A stretch of DNA of 64,000 nt, taken from contig OY968762.1 of the NCBI GenBank assembly GCA_963695225.1, positions 1,216,001 through 1,280,000 on the forward strand, read 5' to 3'. This stretch comes from Vulcanimicrobiota bacterium. GTDB taxonomy: Bacteria > Vulcanimicrobiota > Vulcanimicrobiia > Vulcanimicrobiales > Vulcanimicrobiaceae. Every line of letters begins with the position of its first letter. Position 1 is the stretch's first letter. Below, piece after piece: positions 36,801-47,066 of this stretch. The translations under genes and the position numbers were made by a program. Under the pieces are notes generated by a model. The model was not told the DNA's origin. It did no database searches and saw only the letters and a program-made list of their open reading frames with translations.

Positions 36801-38134
36801 CGCTCCTCCTTCGTGCACCCGAAACGAAGGAGATCGCGCTGCAGATCCGGCGCGGGGATGGGATCGACGGCATCCCTCATCGGGAAGGCCCAGGTCGCGG
36901 TCACCTCGCGGAAATCGGCGCGGTCGCGGCGCTCTTTATAGAACTGTGCGGTCTCGACGACCTCGCCGGAGGCGAACCGGACGATCAGGCGCCCGCCGGG
37001 GCCCAGGCGTCCGCGGCAGACGACCGGATCGTGGCCGAAATCGACGATCCCGGCCTCCGAGGAACACAGGACCTTGTTCGATGCCGTCCGGCACCAGCGC
37101 AGGGGGCGCAAACCGGCCCGGTCGAGCGCGGCTCCGATCGTGTCGCCGTCGGCGAACACGATCGCGGCCGGTCCGTCCCACGGTTCGACGGTCGTGATGT
37201 GCGCGTCGTAATAGGCGCGCAGCCGCGGATCGTCGGAGCCGATCGCGGGCGAGAGCATCAGATCGACCGCGTCGTCGACGCGGTAGCCGGCGCCGACCAT
37301 CGCGTCGACGGCGACGTTGAAATCGTGCGAGTCGCTCGAGCCGGGGACCGTCCGGATCCCGCGTGCGGCGAGCCACGTGCGGTTCCCGGTGATCGTGTTG
37401 ATCTCGCCGTTGTGGGCGATATGGCGGAACGGCTGCACCAGGCGCCACGCGGGCGACGAGTTCGTGCTGTAGCGCTGATGGAAGAGCGCGAAACGCGAGG
37501 CGAAGAGCGGGTCCCGCAGATCGTCGAAGTACGAGCCCAACTCGTCCGAAGAGAGCAGTCCCTTGTAGACGACCGAGGTCGCCGAGGCGCTGACGAGCGA
37601 GGCGGACCCGAACCCCGGAAGAGCCTTCTCGAGCAGCCGCGCGACGTTGCGCATGCGCTCGCGGACGTTCCCTGGGCCCATGTCGACGATCAACTGCTCG
37701 AAGGCGGGGCGCGTCAACCGAGCCTGCTCGCCGAGCATCGCGTCGTCGGTACCGGGGACGCGCCAACGCAGCGGGGTCACGTCCAGCAAGTGGACGATGT
37801 GTTCGATCTCGGCGCGCGCCGCCGCCGCGACGGCGGAATCGAGCGGCAGAAACACGACGATCGCGGCGAGATGGGCTGCCGGCGCGTGGAGATCGGCCTT
37901 TTCCAGTTCGCGCGCGAGAAGCTTGCGGGGGGTCTCGCAGAGGATCCCGGCACCGTCGCCCGTCCGTCCGTCAGCCGCCCGCGCACCGCGGTGCATCATC
38001 GCGGCTACGGCGTCGAGCGCGAGGCGGACCGTCTCGTGAGATGCCGGGCCGCCAAGGTCGGCAATGAAGCCGACGCCGCAGGCATCGTGCTCTTCGGGAA
38101 CCTGGACCTGGTGGGCTATCGTTCCAACCCTCAC
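33839..38134 (-). CDS. gltB: Glutamate synthase large subunit
   Basis: DACGVGF, HQRYSTN, HNGEINT, EPWDGPA, FAQVTNPP, SNSGEGG, QGSKPGEGG, CIYARQCHKNTC, GXGXG domain. Confidence 0.96.
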   Translation of the reverse strand: MRVGTIAHQVQVPEEHDACGVGFIADLGGPASHETVRLALDAVAAMMHRGARAADGRTGDGAGILCETPRKLLARELEKADLHAPAAHLAAIVVFLPLDSAVAAAARAEIEHIVHLLDVTPLRWRVPGTDDAMLGEQARLTRPAFEQLIVDMGPGNVRERMRNVARLLEKALPGFGSASLVSASATSVVYKGLLSSDELGSYFDDLRDPLFASRFALFHQRYSTNSSPAWRLVQPFRHIAHNGEINTITGNRTWLAARGIRTVPGSSDSHDFNVAVDAMVGAGYRVDDAVDLMLSPAIGSDDPRLRAYYDAHITTVEPWDGPAAIVFADGDTIGAALDRAGLRPLRWCRTASNKVLCSSEAGIVDFGHDPVVCRGRLGPGGRLIVRFASGEVVETAQFYKERRDRADFREVTATWAFPMRDAVDPIPAPDLQRDLLRFGCTKEERKDVIGLMASGAGEPTSSMGDDAALAFFERSLPVAEYLRERFAQVTNPPIDPIREALVFDLRTFVGSGDINGDVPAPHACAVLESAILSELDFDSLRFDARMFQRSIPLEFEGQSLRGRLEGICDEAERAVRSGTTLIVLDDRADALTVPCLLAAGAIHQRLTQRGLRMQASIAVADGTARDSHAIAALIAVGANVVTPWLGLRAACDGGEGKAYLTALRNGLLKILAKLGICTLRSYVGAQTFESIGLGRDVVELCFPGIAAHVPTVSFDDLERDVRDWYVASREAGAPLPERGLFRYRRDGVHHAFDPNVIKNLRATAMRGDYGAFEKLSDEMEARDPVTLRDLLVAKPMRGDAVPLDEVEPASSIVQRFVTAAMSLGALASEVHSTIAVATNAIGAKSNSGEGGEDPARYSRAAGVARSRIKQVASGRFGLTVSYLESADEIEIKMAQGSKPGEGGQIPAHKVTLEIATLRGSTPGQPLISPPPHHDIYSIEDLAQLIYDLRRAAPHARIAVKLVSQSGIGYVASGVAKADADVIHISGHDGGTGASPLSSIKHAGLPWELGLVETHHALLANGLRSRVKLRVDGGFKSGRDVVLAAMLGADEYGFGTALLVALGCIYARQCHKNTCPVGIATQDETLRKKFKGTADEAISYLMFVARDVRRRLAALGARSLDDVSGRSDLLRRREFDNDWFSNVELNALLRLPERAAAIKKPALESTHLDNLVPRPWSAARKDPAAVPPLAISPTDRAVGARIAHEIAFRRANGQPVEPVAVRYRGSAGQSFGAFLTHGMTLDLAGEANDYVGKGMEGGRIVVRGFGNPAEPVAGNACFYGARGGEGFIHGGAGERFGVRNSGAELVVEGAGDHACEYMTAGMAVILGPVGKNFASGMSGGVVFITLPEAFSAGPKLSLGPTVCRLLPARSTDSDVARMRALLERYFVTTGSARAGEVLADWPRALERFAKVSLYAEEPAATNGASRPLVPAP

Positions 38135-38379
38135 AACGGCAATCGAGGCCCGTGCGACCTCGGAGTTCGACTTTAGTACCTAACAAGCGGACCGTCATTC
38201 GCCAAATGTCGAATCAACGGTCGTCCACCCGCGACGGCGGATCCGACTTTTCTCGCGGACGGCACACCGCTCCGAATAATTCGACGCACCTAGGCGCGCA
38301 TGCTTCAGATATAGGCGAAAAGATCGGTCATCAATTCGCCGTTTGGCGGAAAACTTGTTTCGCGGACCGGCCTTGTGGC

Positions 38380-39537
38380 CTATCCGTGCAGACCGAGCGC
38401 CACCATCATCCGGTAGCCGACCTCGAGCGACCGCTCGTCGATATCGAAGCGCGCGTTGTGATGCGCGAACGAGGTCGCCTCGCCGCCCCGCGCCCCCACG
38501 ATGAAGTAAGCGCCGGGGCGAACCTCCTGCATGAAGGCCATGTCCTCCGCCCACATCACGATATCGTGTTCGACGACGTTCTCCGCACCGAGCGTCGCGC
38601 GGCCGACCTCGCGGACGATGTCGTTCATCCCCGCGTCGTTGATCGTCGGCGGGTACGACCAGTGATACGTCAACTCGTATTCGAAACGCATCGCTTCGCC
38701 GAGCCCCCTCAGGATTCGCTCCATGCGCTCCGGCATGCTCTTGCGCACCTCCGGATCGAAGGAGCGAACCGTACCTTGCATCACCGCGGAATCGGGGATC
38801 ACGTTGAACGTCGTCCCCGCGGTAAACTTGCCGACGGTGAACACGGCCGGGTCCTTCGGCGCGATCTCTCGGCTGACGATCGTCTGCAACAGCGTAACGA
38901 AATACGAGCCCGCGACGATCGGGTCGACCGCGCGGTCGGGCATCGCGCCGTGTCCGCCCTTCCCGCGAAGCGTGAGGTCGAACTCGTCCGCCGACGCGAA
39001 GAACGCGCGGTCCCGCACGCCGATCTTGCCGACGTCGAGCCCCGAGTAGAGATGCAGCGCGAACGTGCGCTCGACGTGCGGCCGCTCCAGCGCGCCGTCG
39101 TCGATCATCTGCCGGTTGCCCGCGTAACCTTCCTCGCCGGGCTGAAAGCAGAATACGAGCGTTCCGGGGACGTCGGCACGACGTTCCGCGAGCGTCCGTG
39201 CAACCGCGAGCAGAATCGCGACGTGTCCGTCGTGACCGCACGCGTGCATCACGCCGTCGCGAGTCGAGCGGTACGGCACCTGGATGAGTTCCTGGATCGG
39301 GAGCGCGTCCATATCCGCGCGCAGCAGCGTGACGGGCCCCGGACGGCCGCCGCGCAGGGTGCCGAGCACGCCGGTTTTTCCCACACATGTGCGAACTTCG
39401 TCGAGCTCGAGCTTGGCGAGTTCGTTCGCGACGAATGCCGCAGTCTCGTGTTCCACCATCGAAAGCTCGGGATGGGCATGCAGGAAACGGCGAACGCGGA
39501 CGAGGTCGTCGGTCGGGACTGGCGGCAGCACGATCAT
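38380..39537 (-). CDS. M20D amidohydrolase
   Basis: LHAHPELS, LRADMDALP, MHACGHDGH, FQPGEEG, GGHGAMP, AEDMAF, HHNARF. Confidence 0.93.
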   Translation of the reverse strand: MIVLPPVPTDDLVRVRRFLHAHPELSMVEHETAAFVANELAKLELDEVRTCVGKTGVLGTLRGGRPGPVTLLRADMDALPIQELIQVPYRSTRDGVMHACGHDGHVAILLAVARTLAERRADVPGTLVFCFQPGEEGYAGNRQMIDDGALERPHVERTFALHLYSGLDVGKIGVRDRAFFASADEFDLTLRGKGGHGAMPDRAVDPIVAGSYFVTLLQTIVSREIAPKDPAVFTVGKFTAGTTFNVIPDSAVMQGTVRSFDPEVRKSMPERMERILRGLGEAMRFEYELTYHWSYPPTINDAGMNDIVREVGRATLGAENVVEHDIVMWAEDMAFMQEVRPGAYFIVGARGGEATSFAHHNARFDIDERSLEVGYRMMVALGLHG

Positions 39538-39724
39538 GCGTGCAACTTTCGGCTCCCGCAAGCGGTCTCTTCCTCTGCAACCCCGGCACAAGGAACCGCG
39601 ATGGTCCGCCGCCGAGAGAGGCTGACGCCGTTTCCGCTTATCGAAATCGGCTATCGGCCTCGTATACAGGAAAAGAAACTGCGCCCCCGCCATAGGAAGA
39701 CTCGCTCGACTCGTGAGGGTGGAA

Positions 39725-40768
39725 ATGGCAAAGACGCTTCCAACCGGTGTCCAAGGCAACGCAGATCCGCTCGATCGGCACGGACTCTCCGACGAACAAC
39801 TCCGCTGGCTTCTGCGCAATATGCTCGTGCAGCGCACGCTCGACAACCGCGGCTTCCAACTTAACCGCCAAGGGAAGATTCCGTTCGCGATGGGCAGCGA
39901 AGGGCACGAAGCGCTGCAGGCCGGCGCGGCGCTGGCGTTCGAGCGCGGAAAAGACGTGCTCGTTCCGTATTATCGCGACATGGGGCTCGCACTCGGCGTC
40001 GGTTACACGCCGTACGAAGCGCTGCTCGCGATGTTCGCGCGCGCCGCGGATCGCGCGGGCGGAAGGCAATTCCCGAATCATCCGGAGAGCCGCAGCCTCG
40101 GGATCCTCTCCGTGAGTTCGATCATCGCCGCGCACCTGCCGCACGCCGTCGGCGTCGCCTACGCGTTCAAGCATCGCAAGGAGTTCGATCGCGTCGTCCT
40201 CGCGACGTTCGGTGACGGATCGACGAGCGAAGGCGAGTGGCACGAATCGCTGAATTTCGCGGCGGTCCACAAGCTTCCGGTCGTGTTCCTCTGCGAAAAC
40301 AACGGCATCGCGATCTCCGTCCCACAGACGCAGCAAATGGCGATCGTCGACATCTACAAGCGCGCCGCCGGTTACGGAATTCCGGGCGTCGCCTGCGACG
40401 GGCTCGATCCGATCGCCACCTATGCCGCCGTCAAGCAAGCGTTCGATCGCGCGCGCGCCGGCGCCGGCCCGACGCTCGTCGAGGCGAAATGCTACCGGTA
40501 TCTCTCGCACTCGACGGACGACGACGATAGAACCTATCGGAGCCGCGAAGAGGTGCAACAGCATCGCAGAGCGCACGACCCCGTGCCGCACTTCGAAGCG
40601 CTGCTCGTCGAGCACGGCGTCATCGAAGCTCACGCGCTCGCCGCACTCAAGAAAGCCGTCCTCCAAGAGATCAACGAGGCAACCGATCGCGCGGAGGCGG
40701 CGCCCCTGCCTGCTCCCGGCGACCTCTACGCGAACGTGTACGAAGGAGGGCACGAGCCATGGCTCTAG
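39725..40768 (+). CDS. bkdA1: 2-oxoacid (branched-chain type) dehydrogenase E1 alpha
   Basis: RQGKIPF, GHEA, YYRD, GDGSTSEG...ENN TPP motif, HSTDDD. Confidence 0.88.
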   Translation: MAKTLPTGVQGNADPLDRHGLSDEQLRWLLRNMLVQRTLDNRGFQLNRQGKIPFAMGSEGHEALQAGAALAFERGKDVLVPYYRDMGLALGVGYTPYEALLAMFARAADRAGGRQFPNHPESRSLGILSVSSIIAAHLPHAVGVAYAFKHRKEFDRVVLATFGDGSTSEGEWHESLNFAAVHKLPVVFLCENNGIAISVPQTQQMAIVDIYKRAAGYGIPGVACDGLDPIATYAAVKQAFDRARAGAGPTLVEAKCYRYLSHSTDDDDRTYRSREEVQQHRRAHDPVPHFEALLVEHGVIEAHALAALKKAVLQEINEATDRAEAAPLPAPGDLYANVYEGGHEPWL

Positions 40769-41766
40769 CCGCACGTTCCCACACGGCGACGATGAACAAC
40801 GTCGAGGCCGTCCGCGCGGCGCTTCACGAGGCGCTCAAGCACGACGAACGGACGCTGATCCTCGGCGAAGACGTAGGCGCGCGCGGTAACGTCTTCTTGA
40901 TCACGAAGGGTTTTCTCGACGAGTTCGGGCCGGGGCGCGTGATCGATACGCCGCTCGCCGAGGCGTCGATCGTCGGCGTCGCGGTCGGCATGGCGATGGA
41001 GGGCTTGCGCCCGATCGCCGAGATACAGTTCGCCGACTTCATCTACCCGGCGTTCAATCAGATCGTCGGCGAGGCCGCGAAGACGCGCTATCGCTCGAAC
41101 GGCGACTACTCGTGTCCGCTCGTGATCCGCACGCCCTACGGCGGCGGCGTCCACGGCGCCCTCTCGCACTCCGTCTCGATCGAAGCGCTCTTCTATCACG
41201 TCCCCGGCCTCAAGATCGTCGCGCCGTCCTTCCCGGCCGACATCAAAGGGATGCTGGCAGCCGCGATCGAGGATCCCGACCCGGTGCTCTTCCTCGAGCA
41301 CAAGCGGACGTACCGGCTCTTCAAGGGCGACGTCCCGACGAAGCGCTACACGATCCCGCTCGGCAAGGCCGACGTCAAGCATCCGGGGACGCAGTTGACC
41401 GTCGTCTCGTACGGCCTCAACGTGCATCAAGCGCTCGACGCGGCGAAGCGTCTCGAGACCGAAGGACTTTCGATCGAGGTGATCGATCTGCGTTCGATCC
41501 GGCCGATGGACCGCACGACGATCCTCGAGAGCGTCCGCAAGACGCGCAAACTGCTGATCATCCACGAGGACAACAAGTTCGGCGGGATCGGCGCCGAGAT
41601 CAGCGCGATGGTCGTCGAAGACGCGTTCTTCGATCTCGACGCGCCGATCCGGCGGCTCTGCGGGCCCGACGTTCCGGCGATGGGGTACGCGCACACGCTC
41701 GAGGACGAGTTCATGATCTCTACCGAGCGCATGGCGGCGGCGATGCGCGAGTTGGTCGCATTCTAA
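40759..41766 (+). CDS. bkdA2: 2-oxoacid dehydrogenase E1 beta
   Basis: GEDVG, DTPLAE, EIQFADFI, PYGGGVHG, FLEHK. Confidence 0.88.
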   Translation: MALAARSHTATMNNVEAVRAALHEALKHDERTLILGEDVGARGNVFLITKGFLDEFGPGRVIDTPLAEASIVGVAVGMAMEGLRPIAEIQFADFIYPAFNQIVGEAAKTRYRSNGDYSCPLVIRTPYGGGVHGALSHSVSIEALFYHVPGLKIVAPSFPADIKGMLAAAIEDPDPVLFLEHKRTYRLFKGDVPTKRYTIPLGKADVKHPGTQLTVVSYGLNVHQALDAAKRLETEGLSIEVIDLRSIRPMDRTTILESVRKTRKLLIIHEDNKFGGIGAEISAMVVEDAFFDLDAPIRRLCGPDVPAMGYAHTLEDEFMISTERMAAAMRELVAF

Positions 41767-41789
41767 GTCTCGCGAGGGGGTGAGGGATC

Positions 41790-43103
41790 ATGCCGACCAC
41801 GATTACGATGCCGCAGCTCGGTGAATCCGTCACCGAGGGGACCGTCGCGCAATGGCTCAAGCAAGTGGGCGACACCGTCGAAAAGTACGAGGCGTTCGTC
41901 GAAGTCTCGACCGACAAGGTGAACGCCGAAGTGCCGGCGCCGGTCAGCGGAACGATCCGCGAACTCATCGTCAAGGAAGGCGAGACCGTTCCGACGGGCG
42001 CTCCGATCGCGATCATCGACGAAGCCCCGGCGGAGAGCGCCGCGCCGCCGGCAGCCCCCGCAGCGGGCGTCCCGGCGCCCGAAGTCCTCGCCGCGAACGT
42101 CACCGCGATCAACGCCGGCGCCCCCACTCATTCGGGGAACGGGTCGTCGCAGCATGCGCCGGAGGTGCTGCGCCGCGTTTCGCCTGCCGTGCGCCGCCTG
42201 GCCCGCGAACACGCGATCGATCTCGGCGGGGTCCGCGGGACGGGAACCGGCGGCCGCATCACGGCGAACGACGTCCTGGAAGCGGCCCGGACCTCCCCGC
42301 CCCCGGCCCTCCCTCCGGCCCCGGCGCCCGCCGCAACCGGCCGGCAAGCCGCGCCCGCTCCCGCCCGCGCCCCGGGCACGCCGAAGCCGACCTATGGAGC
42401 GCCCGTCCCGGGCGAGACGATTCCGCTCACGCACGCGCGCAAGCTCATCGCGCAGCGGATGCTCGAATCGAAGCGCACGGCCCCGCACGCCTGGACGATG
42501 GTCGAAGCCGACGTCAGCTCGCTGTGGGCCTGGCGAGAGCAAGAAAAGGAGCGCTTCCGGCGCAACCACGGCGCCCCGCTCACGCTCCTCCCCTTCTTCA
42601 TTCGCGCGGTCGTCGAGTCGCTGCGCGCTTTCCCGCTGATGAACGCGCGTTTCACCGACGAGGGCATCGTCGTCGAGAGATCGATCAACGTCGGCATCGC
42701 GATCGGCCTCGACACGAACCTGATCGTCCCGGTCGTCCGCGAGGCCGACACGCTTTCGATCACCGGCCTCGCGCTCGCGGCCGGGCGCCTCATCGAGTCG
42801 GCGCGCGGCGGGAAGCTGACGGCCGACGATCTCGTCGGCGGTACGTTCACCGTGAACAATACGGGCGCGAACGGCTCGATCATGTCGGCACCGATCATCA
42901 ACGGAGGCCAGGCCGGGATCGTGACGATGGAAGCCGTCGTCAAGCGCCCGGTCGTCGTCGCAGGCGACGCCATCGCCGTCCGATCGATGATGAACGTCTG
43001 TCTCTCGCTCGATCACCGCGTCGTCGACGGCGCGATCGCGAGCAGGTTCCTTGGCGACCTCAAAAAGCGTCTCGAAGGCATGGCGCCGGGAGGCCAACTC
43101 TAG
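41790..43103 (+). CDS. bkdB: Dihydrolipoamide acyltransferase E2
   Basis: Lipoyl EVSTDKV; PSBD SPAVRRLA...GTGTGGRIT; DHRVVDG. Confidence 0.9.
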   Translation: MPTTITMPQLGESVTEGTVAQWLKQVGDTVEKYEAFVEVSTDKVNAEVPAPVSGTIRELIVKEGETVPTGAPIAIIDEAPAESAAPPAAPAAGVPAPEVLAANVTAINAGAPTHSGNGSSQHAPEVLRRVSPAVRRLAREHAIDLGGVRGTGTGGRITANDVLEAARTSPPPALPPAPAPAATGRQAAPAPARAPGTPKPTYGAPVPGETIPLTHARKLIAQRMLESKRTAPHAWTMVEADVSSLWAWREQEKERFRRNHGAPLTLLPFFIRAVVESLRAFPLMNARFTDEGIVVERSINVGIAIGLDTNLIVPVVREADTLSITGLALAAGRLIESARGGKLTADDLVGGTFTVNNTGANGSIMSAPIINGGQAGIVTMEAVVKRPVVVAGDAIAVRSMMNVCLSLDHRVVDGAIASRFLGDLKKRLEGMAPGGQL

Positions 43104-43198
43104 ATTTCCTAGCCCTCCGTACCTCCTGTGTAAAATGGTCGTTAAGACCTATCGAGCAGGGAAGCTTAGACCGTATAGTAAGTGGGCAGGAGGTTCCA

Positions 43199-44536
43199 GT
43201 GTTCGACAGCGTCGCCGACGCGCAAGGATCGCGCGCGCAACGCCGTAACGCCGTTATAGCAACGGTCTGCTTGATCGTTGCCTCGGCTGCGGCGTATCCG
43301 TTCGCCAAGCACGGCTTCACCCCGGTGCCGGGGATGCCGCCCGTCTTCATCACGTTCTCGCTGTGCCTGGCGGCGGTCTCCGCGTTCGTCATCTCGACGC
43401 AATACGGGAGCACCCGCTCGAAGGCGCTCCTGATCCTCGCCTCCGGCTACGCGTTCATCGCGCTGCTCGCGCTCCCGGAGCTCTTCCTCGCGCTCGCGCG
43501 CTCGGCGGGCTACGCGATCGCTCCGGGCGCTCCGAGCATCCTCTCGCTGATCGCGCAGGCCGTCTTCGACGTTCACGTCTGCTGGTATCTGTACGCCCGC
43601 AATCGCAACGTGACGGTCCCGGCCGAGGGGGCGCGCCTCGTTGCGACCGTCTTCGCGATGCGCATCGGCGTCGTCGCGCTGCTCTCGACCGCCGTCGCCT
43701 TCGGCCCTTGGACGCTCCCGGCGGAGCCCGACATCGCAGGGTCGGTCGTCTGCGACCTCATCGCGCTCCTGGCGACGCTTCTCGCCTGGGGCTCAGCCTC
43801 GGTCCTCAACCGATGGCTCGTCACGGCGCTGGTCGCTTCGATTCTCGGCGAGGCATTCACGTACATCAGCGGCACGCGCTTCACGCTCGGCTGGTACGTC
43901 GCAAGCTCGATGCGTTTGATCGAGTACGGCATCGTGCTCGGAGCGTTCGTCACCGAAGTCTCGATCCGCTCGGGCGAACTCGCGTCGCTGGCCGCCGTCG
44001 ACGCATTAACCGGTCTTGCGAACCGCCGGCACCTCGACGAGCAGCTCGGACGCCTGCTCGCCGACGGCCGGCGCGCGGCCGACACGCTGTCGGTCTTGAT
44101 GATCGACATCGATCACTTCAAGCGTTTCAACGATCAATTCGGGCACGAGGCGGGAGATCTCGCGCTGCAAACCGTCGGTACGGCACTCAAACGCTCGGTC
44201 GGCCGCACCGGAGATTTCGCCGCCCGCTACGGCGGAGAGGAATTCGTCGTCCTGCTCACCGGCATCGATCGCCTCGGCGCGCTCGAGGTAGCGGAACGCC
44301 TGCGCGCGCACGTCGAGGAGATGCTCATCGCGCACGAGGGCGGCTCGCATCGCGTCACGATCTCGATCGGCATCGTCTCGATCAAGGACCGCGCCGGACT
44401 CGACCCGGCGGCGCTCCTACGGGAAGCCGACCGCGCGCTTTACACCGCGAAGGCGCTCGGCCGCAACCGCGTGCACGAGAATCGCATCTTCCCGAAGGGC
44501 CTCCGCCGCCGGACTGAGGACGTCGCGACCGCCTGA
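43199..44536 (+). CDS. Membrane-bound diguanylate cyclase (multi-TM sensor + GGDEF)
   Basis: AGGAGG RBS, GTG 43199; several TM helices; DALTGLANRR, DIDHFKRFND, RTGD I-site, RYGGEEF. Confidence 0.9.
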   Translation: MFDSVADAQGSRAQRRNAVIATVCLIVASAAAYPFAKHGFTPVPGMPPVFITFSLCLAAVSAFVISTQYGSTRSKALLILASGYAFIALLALPELFLALARSAGYAIAPGAPSILSLIAQAVFDVHVCWYLYARNRNVTVPAEGARLVATVFAMRIGVVALLSTAVAFGPWTLPAEPDIAGSVVCDLIALLATLLAWGSASVLNRWLVTALVASILGEAFTYISGTRFTLGWYVASSMRLIEYGIVLGAFVTEVSIRSGELASLAAVDALTGLANRRHLDEQLGRLLADGRRAADTLSVLMIDIDHFKRFNDQFGHEAGDLALQTVGTALKRSVGRTGDFAARYGGEEFVVLLTGIDRLGALEVAERLRAHVEEMLIAHEGGSHRVTISIGIVSIKDRAGLDPAALLREADRALYTAKALGRNRVHENRIFPKGLRRRTEDVATA

Positions 44537-44553
44537 GCGAAGGCGGGCACGTC

Positions 44554-44925
44554 GTGCAAATCCGAAAACACTTCACCTTCGAGGCCGCCCACGTGCTGCC
44601 GCACCATCCCGGGAAATGCAGCCGGCTTCACGGGCATTCGTATCGCCTCGAGGTTGCGGTCGAAGGCCCGCTCCACCGGAGCGGGCCGGCGAGCGGAATG
44701 GTCCTCGATTTCGACGAGCTCAAGTCGATCGTCGAGCGCACCGTGATCGAGCCGCTCGATCATCAATCGCTCAATGACGTCGTCGCGAATCCGACCGCCG
44801 AGTTGCTGGCGGCCTGGATTTGGGAGCAGCTCGCGCCGCAGCTGCCCGGCCTCGCGGAGGTCGTCCTCTGGGAGACGCCGACCGCGTGCGCGGTCCTGCG
44901 CGGTCCGCATGCTGCAACTCGCTGA
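44554..44925 (+). CDS. queD: 6-carboxy-5,6,7,8-tetrahydropterin synthase
   Basis: FEAAH, CSRLHGHSY, GMVLDF, LDH, NPTAE, WET. Confidence 0.93.
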   Translation: MQIRKHFTFEAAHVLPHHPGKCSRLHGHSYRLEVAVEGPLHRSGPASGMVLDFDELKSIVERTVIEPLDHQSLNDVVANPTAELLAAWIWEQLAPQLPGLAEVVLWETPTACAVLRGPHAATR

Positions 44926-45484
44926 GATCTTCTACAGCGTGCAAGGCGAGGGGACGCACGTCGGGACGCCCGCCGTCTTCGTGCGCCTCGCCGGATGCAA
45001 CCTGAACTGCCGCTTCTGCGATACGGACTACGCGCTAAAGTTCGTCGCGACGATCCCCGATGTCGTCGCGCGGGTCCGCGAGGCAGGCGGCGGCTGCCCG
45101 ATGGTCGTGCTGACGGGCGGCGAACCGCTCGCCCAGCGCGAGACGGCGCTCCTGATCGACGCGCTCCGTGCGGACGGGCGGCGCGTCCACATCGAGTCGA
45201 ACGGCTCGATCGCAATCGAGCTCCCGCGCGACGTCTGGCTGACGGTCTCGCCGAAGGAGCGGCTCGACCCCGCGATGGCAGTGCGGGCGAACGAAGTGAA
45301 GCTGATCGTCGACGGCCGGCTTCCGCACGAGTGGGACGGCGCGTTCCCGGCAGCGACGCCGCGCTTCCTGCAGCCCGAGGGAAACAAGCCGCGGAACGTC
45401 GCGCTCGCGCTCGAGGCCGCGAAGGCGGCGCCGGGGCGGTACCGGCTCTCGCTGCAGACGCACAAGTTCATCGGCGTCCGATGA
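44909..45484 (+). CDS. queE: 7-carboxy-7-deazaguanine synthase (radical SAM)
   Basis: EIFYSVQGEG, GCNLNCRFCDT, LTGGEP, IESNG, VSPK, SLQTHK. Confidence 0.93.
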   Translation: MLQLAEIFYSVQGEGTHVGTPAVFVRLAGCNLNCRFCDTDYALKFVATIPDVVARVREAGGGCPMVVLTGGEPLAQRETALLIDALRADGRRVHIESNGSIAIELPRDVWLTVSPKERLDPAMAVRANEVKLIVDGRLPHEWDGAFPAATPRFLQPEGNKPRNVALALEAAKAAPGRYRLSLQTHKFIGVR

Positions 45485-46086
45485 TCCTCGTCGTCTGCGC
45501 CACCGAAGCGGAGCGGGCGCTCCTCCCCGAGCGCGCGGGGATCGAGGTCCTCGTCTGCGGGATCGGCCCGATCGAGGCGGCGGCCGCGACGGCCCGGGAG
45601 CTCGCGCGCGCGCCGTACGAGCTGGCGATCAGCGCCGGGATCGCCGGCGTCTTCCCGGGGCGCGGGGCGGTCGGCGACGCGTTCGCCGTCGCCGAAGCGC
45701 TGTACGCCGATCTCGAGCTCGAAGGGGGCGGTGCACTCCCCCTGACGCTTGCGGACCGGGCGGAGAGCAGTGCCGCCGCGCTCGCGCCGTTTCGCGAAGG
45801 GCGGATCGCGGCACGGATCGGGCGCGGGCTGACGACGGCGACGATCACCGCGAGCGACGAACGAGCGGCGCTCCTCGCGCGCCGCTTCGCCTGCGATCTG
45901 GAGGCGATGGAAGGCTTCGCCGTACTCCGCGCCGCCGCACTCGCCGGGGTCCCGGCGCTCGAGTTGCGCGGCATCTCGAACGTCGTCGGCGAGCGCGCGA
46001 CGAACGGCTGGGACTTCGCGCGCGGCGCGCGGGCGGCGGCGGACGTCCTAGCCGCGTTCCTGGACGTGTACGCGGCCGGGCGCTGA
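45481..46086 (+). CDS. mqnB: Futalosine hydrolase
   Basis: CATEAE, GIGPIEAA, SAGIAG, EAMEGFAV, ELRGISN; adjacent to mqnD. Confidence 0.88.
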   Translation: MILVVCATEAERALLPERAGIEVLVCGIGPIEAAAATARELARAPYELAISAGIAGVFPGRGAVGDAFAVAEALYADLELEGGGALPLTLADRAESSAAALAPFREGRIAARIGRGLTTATITASDERAALLARRFACDLEAMEGFAVLRAAALAGVPALELRGISNVVGERATNGWDFARGARAAADVLAAFLDVYAAGR

Positions 46087-46123
46087 GCGGGACGCGGCTC
46101 CGGCGCCGCGCAATTGGGGCTCC

Positions 46124-46987
<864 letters not shown>

Positions 46988-47066
46988 GCACGCCTTGCAG
47001 CGGGATCCGCCGCGCCGGTAACCTCCAGCACAGTTCCGCTTGCAAGGTAGGGTTTCGTAACCTCGA

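Noticed and set aside
33717..38176. Several long overlapping/antisense ORFs within gltB
   Set aside because: Typical high-GC shadow ORFs without motifs
38342..38359. Sigma54-like TGGC-N7-TTG
   Set aside because: Poor consensus and points away from gltB into the 3' end of an opposite-strand gene
39725..43103. bkd cluster lacking E3 (lpdA)
   Set aside because: E3 is commonly shared and encoded elsewhere
41852..44536. 894-aa ORF suggesting an E2-GGDEF fusion
   Set aside because: The upstream half is an Arg-rich alternative frame over E2; a good RBS and GTG exist at 43199
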